DNA of 43,964 nucleotides, taken from positions 1 to 43,964 of the forward strand of contig WOZJ01000041.1 in NCBI GenBank assembly GCA_011620345.1. The letters run 5' to 3'. The translations under genes and the position numbers were made by a program. This document shows, piece after piece, positions 9,031 through 18,908 of the stretch. The notes beneath the pieces were generated by a model. That model searched no databases and was not told where the DNA came from. It saw only the letters and a program-made list of their open reading frames with translations. This DNA comes from Nitrospirota bacterium (GTDB lineage: Bacteria; UBA2233). Position 1 is the first letter of the stretch. Every line of letters begins with the position of its first letter.

Positions 9031-10047
9031 TTATCCTCCTGTGTTCTTTTGTGTACGTGTTGGGTTCACCAACGCACCTGCACACGAAGATCCGCATCCG
9101 GCAGTGCATCCGAAACAGTGTAGACCCGTGACGATCCGGCGGCGCTGGAGGGCCTCGATATCGAACTCCCGAATGTGACTCGGCGTGCCATGATTGACCG
9201 GCAACCCCAACGCCAGGTTGAAATCACAATCGTGGATCGTGCCATTCCAGTCCACGCTGATCTGGTGGCGGCACATCAGACCGGGGAGCGTTTGGGGGTT
9301 GAAATTGTCACGCAGAACAGCAAGATACGCTTCCTCCCTCTTCTGGACGCGCAGTTTGGCCCAGAAGCGGCCAATCGGCATGTTGGTGATTGTGTGCAGG
9401 TGGCTGAAGTGAATTCCAAGGCGTTCCTCGAGTTCCCTGCGATAGGTTGCTTCCAGTTCCGCCTGCGATGGCGGAAGGGTTGGGCCAATCGGATTGAATA
9501 TCAAATCCAGAGGCAGATCATCGCGCATGCCATAGCCTAGTCCATTCAGCATGCGCAACGCTTCGATGCTTCGGTGGTAAGCGCCCGGACCTCTCTGCAG
9601 ATCGACATTTTTCTCCAGGTAGCAGGGCAGAGATGCGACGAGGGAGACCATGCTATCAGCCATGAAGGACGCCATATCTTCATAGCCCGGCTCCAGCAGA
9701 ATGGTCAGATTCGTTCGCACTTGGACCTGGAATGTTTCGTCGCGCAGAGCCTGGACAAAGCGTTGAAAATGAGGATTCATCTCGGGCGCTCCACCAGTCA
9801 GATCTATCATCCAGCAACCACATTCGCGCGCGGCCTTCACGATCGCCCCCATCGTCTCCCAGCTCATCTGCTCACGGCGCTTGGGACCAGCTGCCACATG
9901 GCAGTGACGGCACTTCATGTTGCAGCGCAATCCCAGATTCATCTGTATCGTGTCTATACTTAGAGACTTAAGGGGCTGCCCTTCTTCTTGTGCAACCCGA
10001 TCACGGAAGGTATTTAATCGTTTTTGATCCAAATCATGCATACTCAT
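9031..10047 (-). CDS. arsS: ArsS-type radical SAM / Cys-rich protein (TIGR04167-like, DUF3641 C-terminus)
   Basis: CNMKCRHCHV (CxxxCxxC), DLTGGAPEMNPHF, ASLPCY, NMPIGRF, LMCR..ISVDW.G..HDCDFN, HCFGCTAGCGSSCAG; ATG 10047 with GGAGG RBS. Confidence 0.85.
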   Translation of the reverse strand: MSMHDLDQKRLNTFRDRVAQEEGQPLKSLSIDTIQMNLGLRCNMKCRHCHVAAGPKRREQMSWETMGAIVKAARECGCWMIDLTGGAPEMNPHFQRFVQALRDETFQVQVRTNLTILLEPGYEDMASFMADSMVSLVASLPCYLEKNVDLQRGPGAYHRSIEALRMLNGLGYGMRDDLPLDLIFNPIGPTLPPSQAELEATYRRELEERLGIHFSHLHTITNMPIGRFWAKLRVQKREEAYLAVLRDNFNPQTLPGLMCRHQISVDWNGTIHDCDFNLALGLPVNHGTPSHIREFDIEALQRRRIVTGLHCFGCTAGCGSSCAGALVNPTRTQKNTGG

Positions 10048-10086
10048 GTCGTCCTCCAACTCCAAATAGTCCAGTTACCATATTCC

Positions 10087-10613
10087 TCAGAAACCCCCTT
10101 CCCGAAAGCCCTTCCTTTCTGAGTCTATACAGTCGCATTTGTCGCTCGTCTTCATCATGACAGGCTCCAGCAGACAAACAAACATCAAAGAGGCTACTAC
10201 CCCGCCAAATATTGGCGCCAATACGTAGACGATAAGAAAGCCGCCCTGGTGATCGGGGAATGCCGTTCCTCTTCATCCCGCAAGCCATGCGAATTCCCTT
10301 GGACCCAAATCACGAGCGGGATTGATTCCGGCCTGGGTCAACGGGGCAATCGGACAGATGATGGAACTCACGGTCAGATCTATGAACAGGGGCGAAAGAT
10401 GGTTCTCCGGCCGGCCCAGGTTGCTCCCTTCGTAAGCGCAAAGATCATGATGACCAGCAGAAACGTTCTCAACGCCTCTGCACCCGTGGCGCTCAGCATA
10501 GACACCCTGGCCGCTGGCCCTGCGGTCGGATTGGGGTAGAATTCGCCGAACATCATCGCCGTCTTGACGGAGGCAGCGGCTCCGCGCACAATGCCGTGTT
10601 CACTTTCATAACC
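10087..10613 (-). pseudogene. 5'-truncated aquaglyceroporin (MIP/GlpF family) pseudogene
   Basis: YESEHGIVRG..TAMMFGEFYPNP..AEALRTFLLVIMIFALT, frameshift near 10431, then EGSNLGRP..APLTQAGINPARDLGPREFAWLAG*..VYVLAPIFGG. NPA at 10315-10323; in-frame TGA at 10273-10275; first NPA half absent. Confidence 0.85.
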
Positions 10614-10755
10614 GGACGAGGTCCGGAGAGGGGGTAAGAATACGGAGAATTTTGAGGCGAAAGAGAAGAGGGATATGGCGGATTTCCCGAAAATGGAGTG
10701 ATCGCGGCGGTAGCGCCGACACCCTAAAAGCACGTAAGTCGCTGATGATACGCAG

Positions 10756-10810
10756 AAAAAGAAAACCCGTCACCTAGGAGTTTGACCCCAGAGAGACGGG
10801 TTGTCTTTTG
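10756..10810 (-). terminator. long hairpin plus U-tract downstream of tmRNA
   Basis: aaaagaaaacccgtc ... gacgggttgtctttt inverted repeat, T-rich tail on the minus strand. Confidence 0.7.
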
Positions 10811-10814
10811 TAAA

Positions 10815-11184
10815 TGGTGGAGGCGGCGGGAATCGAACCCGCGTCCGAGACCTGAGCCCAGCGGAAGACTACATGCTTAGCCCTTCTTTTCTACGCTTGG
10901 GAGGTTTCCCAAAGGGCGGGGGATATCCTCCGGCGGGCCTTGTAGCTCTCGAAGCCTGGCCCCCAAGGCCTTAAGGGTCAAACTTCCAGCCCCAGGTCGT
11001 ATTCCACCCCTTTAAAGGAGCCTAAGGCACCTCCTTCAAGGGATGCTAGCCGGTGTTAGGCGGCTAGAGCGTACTCGACGTCTTCGTCGGCACCTGTAGT
11101 GTCCCAGGTTTTTAAGGGCCTCCTGGGGAACCCTGCATGCCTTCCTGCCAAACCCTTAGATCCCGTCGAACCCAGTTCGCCCCC
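10815..11184 (-). ncRNA. ssrA: tmRNA; tag peptide (A)ADEDVEYALAA encoded at 11091-11056
   Basis: 5' GGGGGCG pairs with 3' CGCCTCC-A-CCA including the G3:U wobble; T arm GGTTCGATTCC; tag ORF ends YALAA-TAA; 370 nt; next to smpB. Confidence 0.97.
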
Positions 11185-11205
11185 GTTCGTTGTTTTTAAG
11201 CCTTT

Positions 11206-11646
11206 TTAGCCTTTTAAAACTCTTCGCTCTTCCCGTTCGATGTCGCGCTTCTTAATGTCTTCTCGCTTGTCAAAGAGCTTTTTCCCCTTGCCTAGTCCAA
11301 GGGTAATCTTGACCCAAGGCCCTTTGGCGTACACCTTCAATGGAATCATCGTGAGCCCTTTTTCCTGGATGCGGCCACGAATACGCTCGATCTCCAGGCG
11401 ATGCAGCAGGAGCCTTTTGGTACGCAACGGGTCCTGTTCAGCAAGTCTTGCCTGCCCGTAGGGCGCAATGCGCATCCCTTCGACGACAAGCTCCCTTCCC
11501 CGGGCGAGCGCAAAAGCCCCCTTAAGCTCGACTCCGCCATCCCTGATTGCCTTTACCTCTGGACCTTTAAGCTCAAGGCCGGCCTCGTACTCTTCGAGGA
11601 TGTCGTAATCGTGGTAGGCTTTGCGGTTGATTGCGTACGTCTTCAT
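11206..11646 (-). CDS. smpB: SsrA-binding protein
   Basis: NRKAYHDY, EAGLEL.G.EVKAIR, RxKRLLLH, GKGKKLFDKRE. Confidence 0.97.
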   Translation of the reverse strand: MKTYAINRKAYHDYDILEEYEAGLELKGPEVKAIRDGGVELKGAFALARGRELVVEGMRIAPYGQARLAEQDPLRTKRLLLHRLEIERIRGRIQEKGLTMIPLKVYAKGPWVKITLGLGKGKKLFDKREDIKKRDIEREERRVLKG

Positions 11647-11683
11647 TCCTTTACAATAACCACGCCTTAAAGCAGTGCAACCC

Positions 11684-11926
11684 CTATTTGGACGCTGCGT
11701 AGTGCTCTTCGAGCCAGCGGCTGATGCCCTCGCTCTCGAGCATAGGCTTGCCGTCGATCACAAGGCAAGGTACCTGGGTTTTCCCCGTAAGCCTCTTGAG
11801 CTCTTCGAGCGATGCAGAACTTTCTTGGATGTTCTTGAGCTCGAGAGGTGCCTTTAGCTGTTCTACGACCCTGAGCACCCGTTGGCAATACGGACAGAAG
11901 GGTTGATAATACAACACTAAGTTCAT
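11684..11926 (-). CDS. glutaredoxin-family protein
   Basis: CPYC active site, TQVPCLVIDG, ES motif. Confidence 0.85.
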   Translation of the reverse strand: MNLVLYYQPFCPYCQRVLRVVEQLKAPLELKNIQESSASLEELKRLTGKTQVPCLVIDGKPMLESEGISRWLEEHYAASK

Positions 11927-11982
11927 GACTTTCCAAGCCTCACGGCGCTAGTTCGAGTATAAACGAACATTCTCTAAATATT

Positions 11983-11991
11983 ATTATACCA
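11983..11991 (-). promoter_or_regulatory. extended -10 promoter element for grx-smpB-ssrA
   Basis: TGGTATAAT on the minus strand about 57 nt upstream of the grx start. Confidence 0.5.
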
Positions 11992-12030
11992 CTCTTCTTT
12001 GCGGACAAAAAACTTGAAGGATGGCGGAGT

Positions 12031-12957
12031 ATGCGTTGGAGACGATGGAGCAAAAAGCTGCGCTATGGTATCGGAAGGGTTGTACTTGCAATCGCTACTC
12101 CTGTCATTGCCCTTCTCCCGCTTGGGTTTTTTCCTTGGCTGTCGCGGGGCATCGTGTGGTGCCTAGGTAATCTTCCATTGCCTTTGAGTCCGTTTGAGCG
12201 CAATATCCTTGACTATACGGGGACCGAGATGTCCCCGGAGGAAAGACGAAGGCTTGCCCTGAAAGTCGCTGCCAACGTTATTTCGAGCTTTTTTGAATCG
12301 ATTCATGCCTACTTTCGCCCGCCCTCGGACTTTCTTCGCAGGGTTCGGGTTCAAGACGATTTCGGGTTAAGGGCCTTTTGCGGTGAAGGCAAGGGGGCAA
12401 TTCTCATTTCGGCGCATTTTGGGCCCTTTCCGTTACTTCAGCTTGCCTTGGCAAAGCTTGGGTATCCCTTGAGGTTTTTGATCAAACTGCCGAACAACGA
12501 ATGGCTTGCCGAGCGATACAAGGCCACCATCGCCCATCAAAACCTAGAGCCACTTTTGATCCCGCGTCGTATTGCTCCAAAACAGCAGCAGGCCCTTACG
12601 ATGGAGCTGGTTAGATGCTTGAAGGCAGGAGAGCTCGTGTGCCTGTTTGTAGACGAGCCGGAGAAGGAAGGCGGTATTCCTGTTCGATTCCTAAATCGTG
12701 CTGTTTGCCTGCCGGGAGGACCCGCCGTCTTGCACGCCCGCTACGGCTTCCCAATCATTCCTGTGTATATCTTTAGGGAAGATGGACACTACACGGTCCG
12801 CGTGGAGCATCCTGTAGAAACAGGGCCCAACCGGAAGGATATCCCCGCCATCGCCCAAGCGTGTGCCGACAGGCTGACCGCAATCATCCGGAAATACCCG
12901 GAACACTGGTCATGGCTTAGCAAGCCTAGGGAGGCGGTTAAAAAGGATGCTTCGTAG
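12031..12957 (+). CDS. lipid A lauroyl (LpxL/HtrB-like) / lysophospholipid acyltransferase family protein
   Basis: GKGAILISAHFG, LKAGELV.LFVD, V.FL, PIIPV, IRKYPEHW.W. Confidence 0.8.
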   Translation: MRWRRWSKKLRYGIGRVVLAIATPVIALLPLGFFPWLSRGIVWCLGNLPLPLSPFERNILDYTGTEMSPEERRRLALKVAANVISSFFESIHAYFRPPSDFLRRVRVQDDFGLRAFCGEGKGAILISAHFGPFPLLQLALAKLGYPLRFLIKLPNNEWLAERYKATIAHQNLEPLLIPRRIAPKQQQALTMELVRCLKAGELVCLFVDEPEKEGGIPVRFLNRAVCLPGGPAVLHARYGFPIIPVYIFREDGHYTVRVEHPVETGPNRKDIPAIAQACADRLTAIIRKYPEHWSWLSKPREAVKKDAS

Positions 12958-12967
12958 GATTCATGGG

Positions 12968-13043
12968 TGGAGCGGGCAACGGGATTCGAACCCGCGACAC
13001 CGAGCTTGGGAAGCTCGTACTCTACCAGCTGAGCTATGCCCGC
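12968..13043 (-). tRNA. tRNA-Gly(CCC)
   Basis: GCGGGCATAGCTCAGCTGGTAGAG...CGAGC-TTCCCAA-GCTCG...GGTTCGAATCCC...CCGCTCCA, 76 nt. Confidence 0.98.
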
Positions 13044-13054
13044 CCTCATTCGCT

Positions 13055-13083
13055 ATTATCAAACGATCCGTATGGCATGTCAA
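13055..13083 (-). promoter_or_regulatory. sigma70-type promoter of tRNA-Gly
   Basis: TTGACA-17 nt-GATAAT, with the -10 element ending 11 nt upstream of the tRNA. Confidence 0.65.
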
Positions 13084-13397
13084 GGTACGCTAAGGTCTGG
13101 CTGCCAAAAAATGCATTCACTTGGTAGCGGGCTCCTTCGGAAGCAACCGGAACCGCCCCTGAAGTGCCGGTTCCGGGGGCCGGACGAAAGGCGTTGTCAA
13201 TAAGCGGGCCTCATGGTACCCTACGCAAAAGGGGTAAGCTTTGGAGAGGAATGGGCAAGCAAGCCAAAAGCCTCTTACATAGCTCAACGCTCGTCGAACG
13301 CTTCGAAGGGGATGGCTTTATTGGGGCGCGCACAATGCCTTGCCGGCCGGTTTTATTTGAAAAGTCTCAGGCCTAAGGGCGTTTGCGGGCAAAAGGC

Positions 13398-14195
13398 GTG
13401 AATCCGGCATACCTAAGCCTCGGTTTTTCCGACATCTGCCTGGCGGTTGTCGTTTTTTTGTTAGCCGTAGGCCTTCAATTCATGCTAGGTCTTCGGTTGA
13501 CGCGCGACTTCTTCGTTGCCGGCTTGAGGATGTTTGGACAGTTGTTCGTTGTCGGCTGGGTGCTCTTGTGGGTTTTTCATGCAAAGAACGTTTGGGTTAG
13601 CGTAGGCGTAGCTTTGGCCATGGTCGGAGTGGCCGCTTATACCGCATGGAGCAGGGTTAGGAGTACGCAGGCTGGTCCCTTTCGACCTCGTCCGTTTCCG
13701 TTCTTGGTAGCGCTTGCCTGTGGTGTAGGGCTGGCTTCCGCGCTGGGTATCGGGGCGATTCTCCGGCCCGTTCCTTGGTTCGATCCACAGTACCTCATCC
13801 CCTTAGTGGGCATGGTGACCGGCAATACCATGAACGTTTCTACGCTTGCCGCCGAGCGTTTTATTGGGGTTGTCGTGCAGGATGCCCATTTGATCGAATC
13901 CTTGCTCGCTTTGGGCATGAGCGCCGAAAAGGCCCTTGAAAGCCATAAACGACAGGCCTTGCGCGTTTCTCTTATGCCCACGCTCAACACAATGATGGTC
14001 GTCGGGGTGGTTTCTCTTCCTGGGATGATGACGGGCCAGATTCTTGCGGGGGCCTCGCCGAACCAGGCGGTTCGCTACCAAATGCTCATTCATTCGCTGA
14101 TTTTGCTTTCGGCGCTTATTGTGTCTTTCTTGAGCGTCAGTAGTCTTGGTAAAAGGTTGATCGTAAACGAGGAGAGGCTCGCGTGGAAGGGTTGA
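13398..14195 (+). CDS. UPF0014 / FetB (YbbM)-like ABC permease
   Basis: R.FGQL..VG.VL, PQYLIPLVGM..GN.MN, PTLN.M.VVGVVSLPGMMTGQILAG.SP..AVRYQ; GTG start is approximate. Confidence 0.85.
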   Translation: MNPAYLSLGFSDICLAVVVFLLAVGLQFMLGLRLTRDFFVAGLRMFGQLFVVGWVLLWVFHAKNVWVSVGVALAMVGVAAYTAWSRVRSTQAGPFRPRPFPFLVALACGVGLASALGIGAILRPVPWFDPQYLIPLVGMVTGNTMNVSTLAAERFIGVVVQDAHLIESLLALGMSAEKALESHKRQALRVSLMPTLNTMMVVGVVSLPGMMTGQILAGASPNQAVRYQMLIHSLILLSALIVSFLSVSSLGKRLIVNEERLAWKG

Positions 14196-14683
14196 GAGTT
14201 TCCTTGAAGGCCGCCATAGGGGCGTTGGCCGTTCTAGGGCTTTTGGGGGCGGGGTGCGGCCAGAACAGCACGCCAGAGAAGCTGAAATTGGAAGATCTAG
14301 GCGAAACGGATATGCAAAAAATCTTGGGCCCTCAAGCGGAGAAAACCGAAGCGCTCTATACCGGGCAAGTCGTACTTGGGCCGGGGGTTAGGTCTCCTCA
14401 AGGGGCGAAGCTTTTCCTGATCGTCCGTCTTGAAAGCCCAAAGGGGCAGATGGTCGGCGGGAAGCTCCTCGATGCCCCAAGTTTCCCCTTGCCGTTCGAA
14501 GTAAGCGGAGGCGACCTGTTCGCCCCGAGCGATAGCCTATCTTCCCGGCCAGTATTCCTGGCTGCGAGGATGGACCAAGACGGCGACCCTATGACACACC
14601 AACCCGGAGATCTCGAGGCGGCTACCCAAGCCCCCGTAACCATCGGGCAAAAGAAGATTGTCCTGGTTCTTTCCGGCTCTTAA
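14183..14683 (+). CDS. lipoprotein with CycH/CcmI C-terminal-like Ig domain
   Basis: Hydrophobic signal ending GAGC; LFLIVR..FPLPFE..ARMDQDGDP....GDL pattern. Confidence 0.6.
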   Translation: MEGLRVSLKAAIGALAVLGLLGAGCGQNSTPEKLKLEDLGETDMQKILGPQAEKTEALYTGQVVLGPGVRSPQGAKLFLIVRLESPKGQMVGGKLLDAPSFPLPFEVSGGDLFAPSDSLSSRPVFLAARMDQDGDPMTHQPGDLEAATQAPVTIGQKKIVLVLSGS

Positions 14684-14695
14684 ACAACGCCAGGG

Positions 14696-15844
14696 CTACC
14701 AACGCTTGAGGCCTGCCAGGCCGCCAAACTCTTTCATGAGGCTTTCGCCTTGCTCGCCTTGGAAAAATTCGAGGCCAGCGCCGTAAGATTGCGCCAACTC
14801 GACGACGATGTTTTTAAAGTCTTCCTTGAGAATGTCTCCAGGGCATGATTGTTCGGCGAGTTCTAGGCTTGGAAGAGCTAGCCTAGAGTCTTCGCAAACG
14901 AATACGTCTCTGGACAACTTCCAAGGAACGGCAAGCAGATAGATCCGCCCTTCTTGAAGGGCTTCGAGCGTTTGCTCGAACCCCCAGACCCCTTCTTCGC
15001 GTATCTTCTCGAGCAGAGCGGCTTCTTCTTTCCTCTCGATCGAGACGATCTCTTCTCGGATTGCGTGGAGGATCTCGCCCGGGGTTGCCTCTAGGTTGGA
15101 CAAGGATGTGGCATGGAAGATGACACGCTGCTGAAGCCCTTTGGGTAGGTAGGATTCAAAAAGGGCTATTTCCTCGTGTGTGCCTATGAGAATGAGCCTT
15201 TCGATGCCCTTTTCCTGGATTGTACGCTCTAGGAGCGTCGCGGCCTGCTTGTAGAAACGAATGAGCCACATAAGCATCCGCCTGTCGAACAGGTCTTTCC
15301 CGGAGCCCCCTCTTCCTGCCCTTCCAATCATGGAAGGAGGCTTGGCTTCGGTATACCGGCACCAATCTTCGCGGTTGATCGTCAGGAACGCTTCCTGGAT
15401 TTCCTCTATTTCCATCATGTTGACTTCGAGAAACCGCCAGCGCTCTTGGCTGAGGACAATAACCCCGTAGCGCTTGTATTCATCAAGGGCGAGTAAAAGG
15501 GGCAGGACATAGGGCTTACCAAGCCGTGCTTCGAGCCTTCCATGCGCGAGGTCAACGATCGGAAGGTCAACCTGAAAATCGAAATAGGCAAACAGTTCGT
15601 CTGCAACGAACATTGCACGAGTTTTTTTAAAAGGCAAAGCGTGATCAAGGCATTCAAGGGCCTTTTTGGCGTAGGGTTCTTGAACCCCCATTGCCTTGAG
15701 CGTTTGCTTGGCTCTTAGCAGGTAGGCCTTGCCTGCGTTCTCGGGCTTGGATGGGTCTAGGTCGGCGTACAAAGAAAGGACAGGCCCTTTGTCGTATGGG
15801 GCGACAATGTCACGAATACGACTAATGTCCTCGGATGAGATCAC
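14696..15844 (-). CDS. bacterial archaeo-eukaryotic release factor-like (baeRF/VLRF1) protein
   Basis: VLSLYADLDP, PYVLPLL.ALDEY.RYG, Gly-rich loop GRGGSG, RLILIG, C-terminal L7Ae-like region ending GGLAGLKRW; GTG with GGAGG RBS. Confidence 0.7.
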   Translation of the reverse strand: MISSEDISRIRDIVAPYDKGPVLSLYADLDPSKPENAGKAYLLRAKQTLKAMGVQEPYAKKALECLDHALPFKKTRAMFVADELFAYFDFQVDLPIVDLAHGRLEARLGKPYVLPLLLALDEYKRYGVIVLSQERWRFLEVNMMEIEEIQEAFLTINREDWCRYTEAKPPSMIGRAGRGGSGKDLFDRRMLMWLIRFYKQAATLLERTIQEKGIERLILIGTHEEIALFESYLPKGLQQRVIFHATSLSNLEATPGEILHAIREEIVSIERKEEAALLEKIREEGVWGFEQTLEALQEGRIYLLAVPWKLSRDVFVCEDSRLALPSLELAEQSCPGDILKEDFKNIVVELAQSYGAGLEFFQGEQGESLMKEFGGLAGLKRW

Positions 15845-15883
15845 CTTTGTCCTCCTGCTGATTCCATATTGAGACGCGAACCA

Positions 15884-16579
15884 TCAACCCTGCTGCAAGG
15901 CTTTAAGGCCTACGAGAACGCCGAGAATAACGCCAAAACAAACCACAAGTGCAAGTGAAGCTTTCTTTCTGGGAAGGCCGTGGACTTCGAGAAGAATGTT
16001 ACGAAGCGAGCCTAAAAATGCAACCAGGACCAACGCAAAGTAGGCCAATTGAGAGAGCTGCATGATGGAACCCGCGGGGCTCAACGGCAACATCGCAAGA
16101 AGAAAGGGATCCTTGTTGGCTCCAAGCAGGGCAAGCCCGAGATCCATCGGAAGAACGAGGACGAACAGCTTGGAGGCTGCGTATAACACGGCCTTCAGCG
16201 TCATCAACAGGCTTCCTGCGCCGAAGAAAAGCCGTTGGGGTATGAAAAAAAGCAAGTACGCCAAGATTGCGAATGGAACGAGAAACATAAAAGGGGATAT
16301 CGCAACGCTCATAAGGAGCGACCCTATAGGAATCTGCGGCCTGGAGGCCAATGTATGGATTGTGTTAAAAACGACGAGCGTTGCGTAGAAAAACAACACT
16401 GCGTCCAAAAGGAAGCCTGCTGGTGCTAGACGCTTAAAGAACGAATTTTCGGCTAAAAGAAGCTCTTCATGGGCCCGGATGAACTCCTCGATAAACGCCT
16501 CTTTTCGAGCGTCCGAAGCCTTTTCTTGAGGGTCTTCGCCAACTTCTTGTTCTTCAGGAGCTTGAGGGTTTTCTTCCAT
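15884..16579 (-). CDS. hypothetical multi-pass membrane protein (YIP1-like topology)
   Basis: Acidic N-terminus and about 5 hydrophobic segments. Confidence 0.65.
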   Translation of the reverse strand: MEENPQAPEEQEVGEDPQEKASDARKEAFIEEFIRAHEELLLAENSFFKRLAPAGFLLDAVLFFYATLVVFNTIHTLASRPQIPIGSLLMSVAISPFMFLVPFAILAYLLFFIPQRLFFGAGSLLMTLKAVLYAASKLFVLVLPMDLGLALLGANKDPFLLAMLPLSPAGSIMQLSQLAYFALVLVAFLGSLRNILLEVHGLPRKKASLALVVCFGVILGVLVGLKALQQG

Positions 16580-16659
16580 GTCCCTTTCCCAGCTTGTTGT
16601 CCTTCAAACGCCTACGCTTTATCTAAGTCTTTGGATGCCCCCTTGTCAAGCTGCTCCAA

Positions 16660-16692
16660 TAAAAAAACCCCGCCGGGAAATCCCGGCGGGGT
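16660..16692 (-). terminator. rho-independent terminator of groESL
   Basis: ccccgccggga-aa-tcccggcgggg stem with poly-T on the minus strand. Confidence 0.9.
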
Positions 16693-16714
16693 ATGGCTGA
16701 AGGCTGAAGGCGGC

Positions 16715-18687
<1,973 letters not shown>

Positions 18688-18765
18688 AGCAACCTCCCAT
18701 TTTTGGTTGATTAATAGGGTCAAAGGACGAACATGGCCGTTATGGCCGAGAAAAAACATATACAC

Positions 18766-18792
18766 TTGGCACTCATGGATTGTCAGTGCCAA
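18766..18792. promoter_or_regulatory. CIRCE element (HrcA operator)
   Basis: TTGGCACTC-N9-CAGTGCCAA versus consensus TTAGCACTC-N9-GAGTGCTAA, upstream of groES. Confidence 0.85.
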
Positions 18793-18804
18793 AACCTACA
18801 TGAA

Positions 18805-18832
18805 ATACTAATCCTTTTTTTGGGCTTGTCAA
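18805..18832 (-). promoter_or_regulatory. sigma70-type groESL promoter
   Basis: TTGACA-16 nt-TAGTAT just upstream of the CIRCE. Confidence 0.6.
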
Positions 18833-18858
18833 GGGCAGGGATTTTCCATGCGGAGGAT

Positions 18859-18893
18859 AAAAAAAAGACCCCAGGGGGTCCCTGGGGTCTTTT
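18859..18893. terminator. intrinsic terminator (A/T tracts on both sides) after the small secreted protein gene
   Basis: aaaaaaagaccccaggg-ggt-ccctggggtctttt. Confidence 0.85.
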
Positions 18894-18908
18894 AAGCCAG
18901 GAAAGCGC

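Noticed and set aside
9031-10047. Selenocysteine in the ArsS-like protein
   Set aside because: No in-frame TGA; the candidate positions (SLPCY, C-terminal cluster) are Cys codons
10273-10275. TGA recoding (Trp/Sec) in the aquaglyceroporin
   Set aside because: The same gene is also frameshifted and truncated, and TGA is a normal stop elsewhere in the window
12789-13049. ORFs spanning tRNA genes (also 40849-41337)
   Set aside because: These are translations of tRNA sequence
13155-13200. Hammerhead ribozyme, tRNA-Sec or c-di-GMP riboswitch
   Set aside because: CTGAAGT is not CUGANGA and no stem III is present; no tRNA cloverleaf; riboswitch elements are not in the required order
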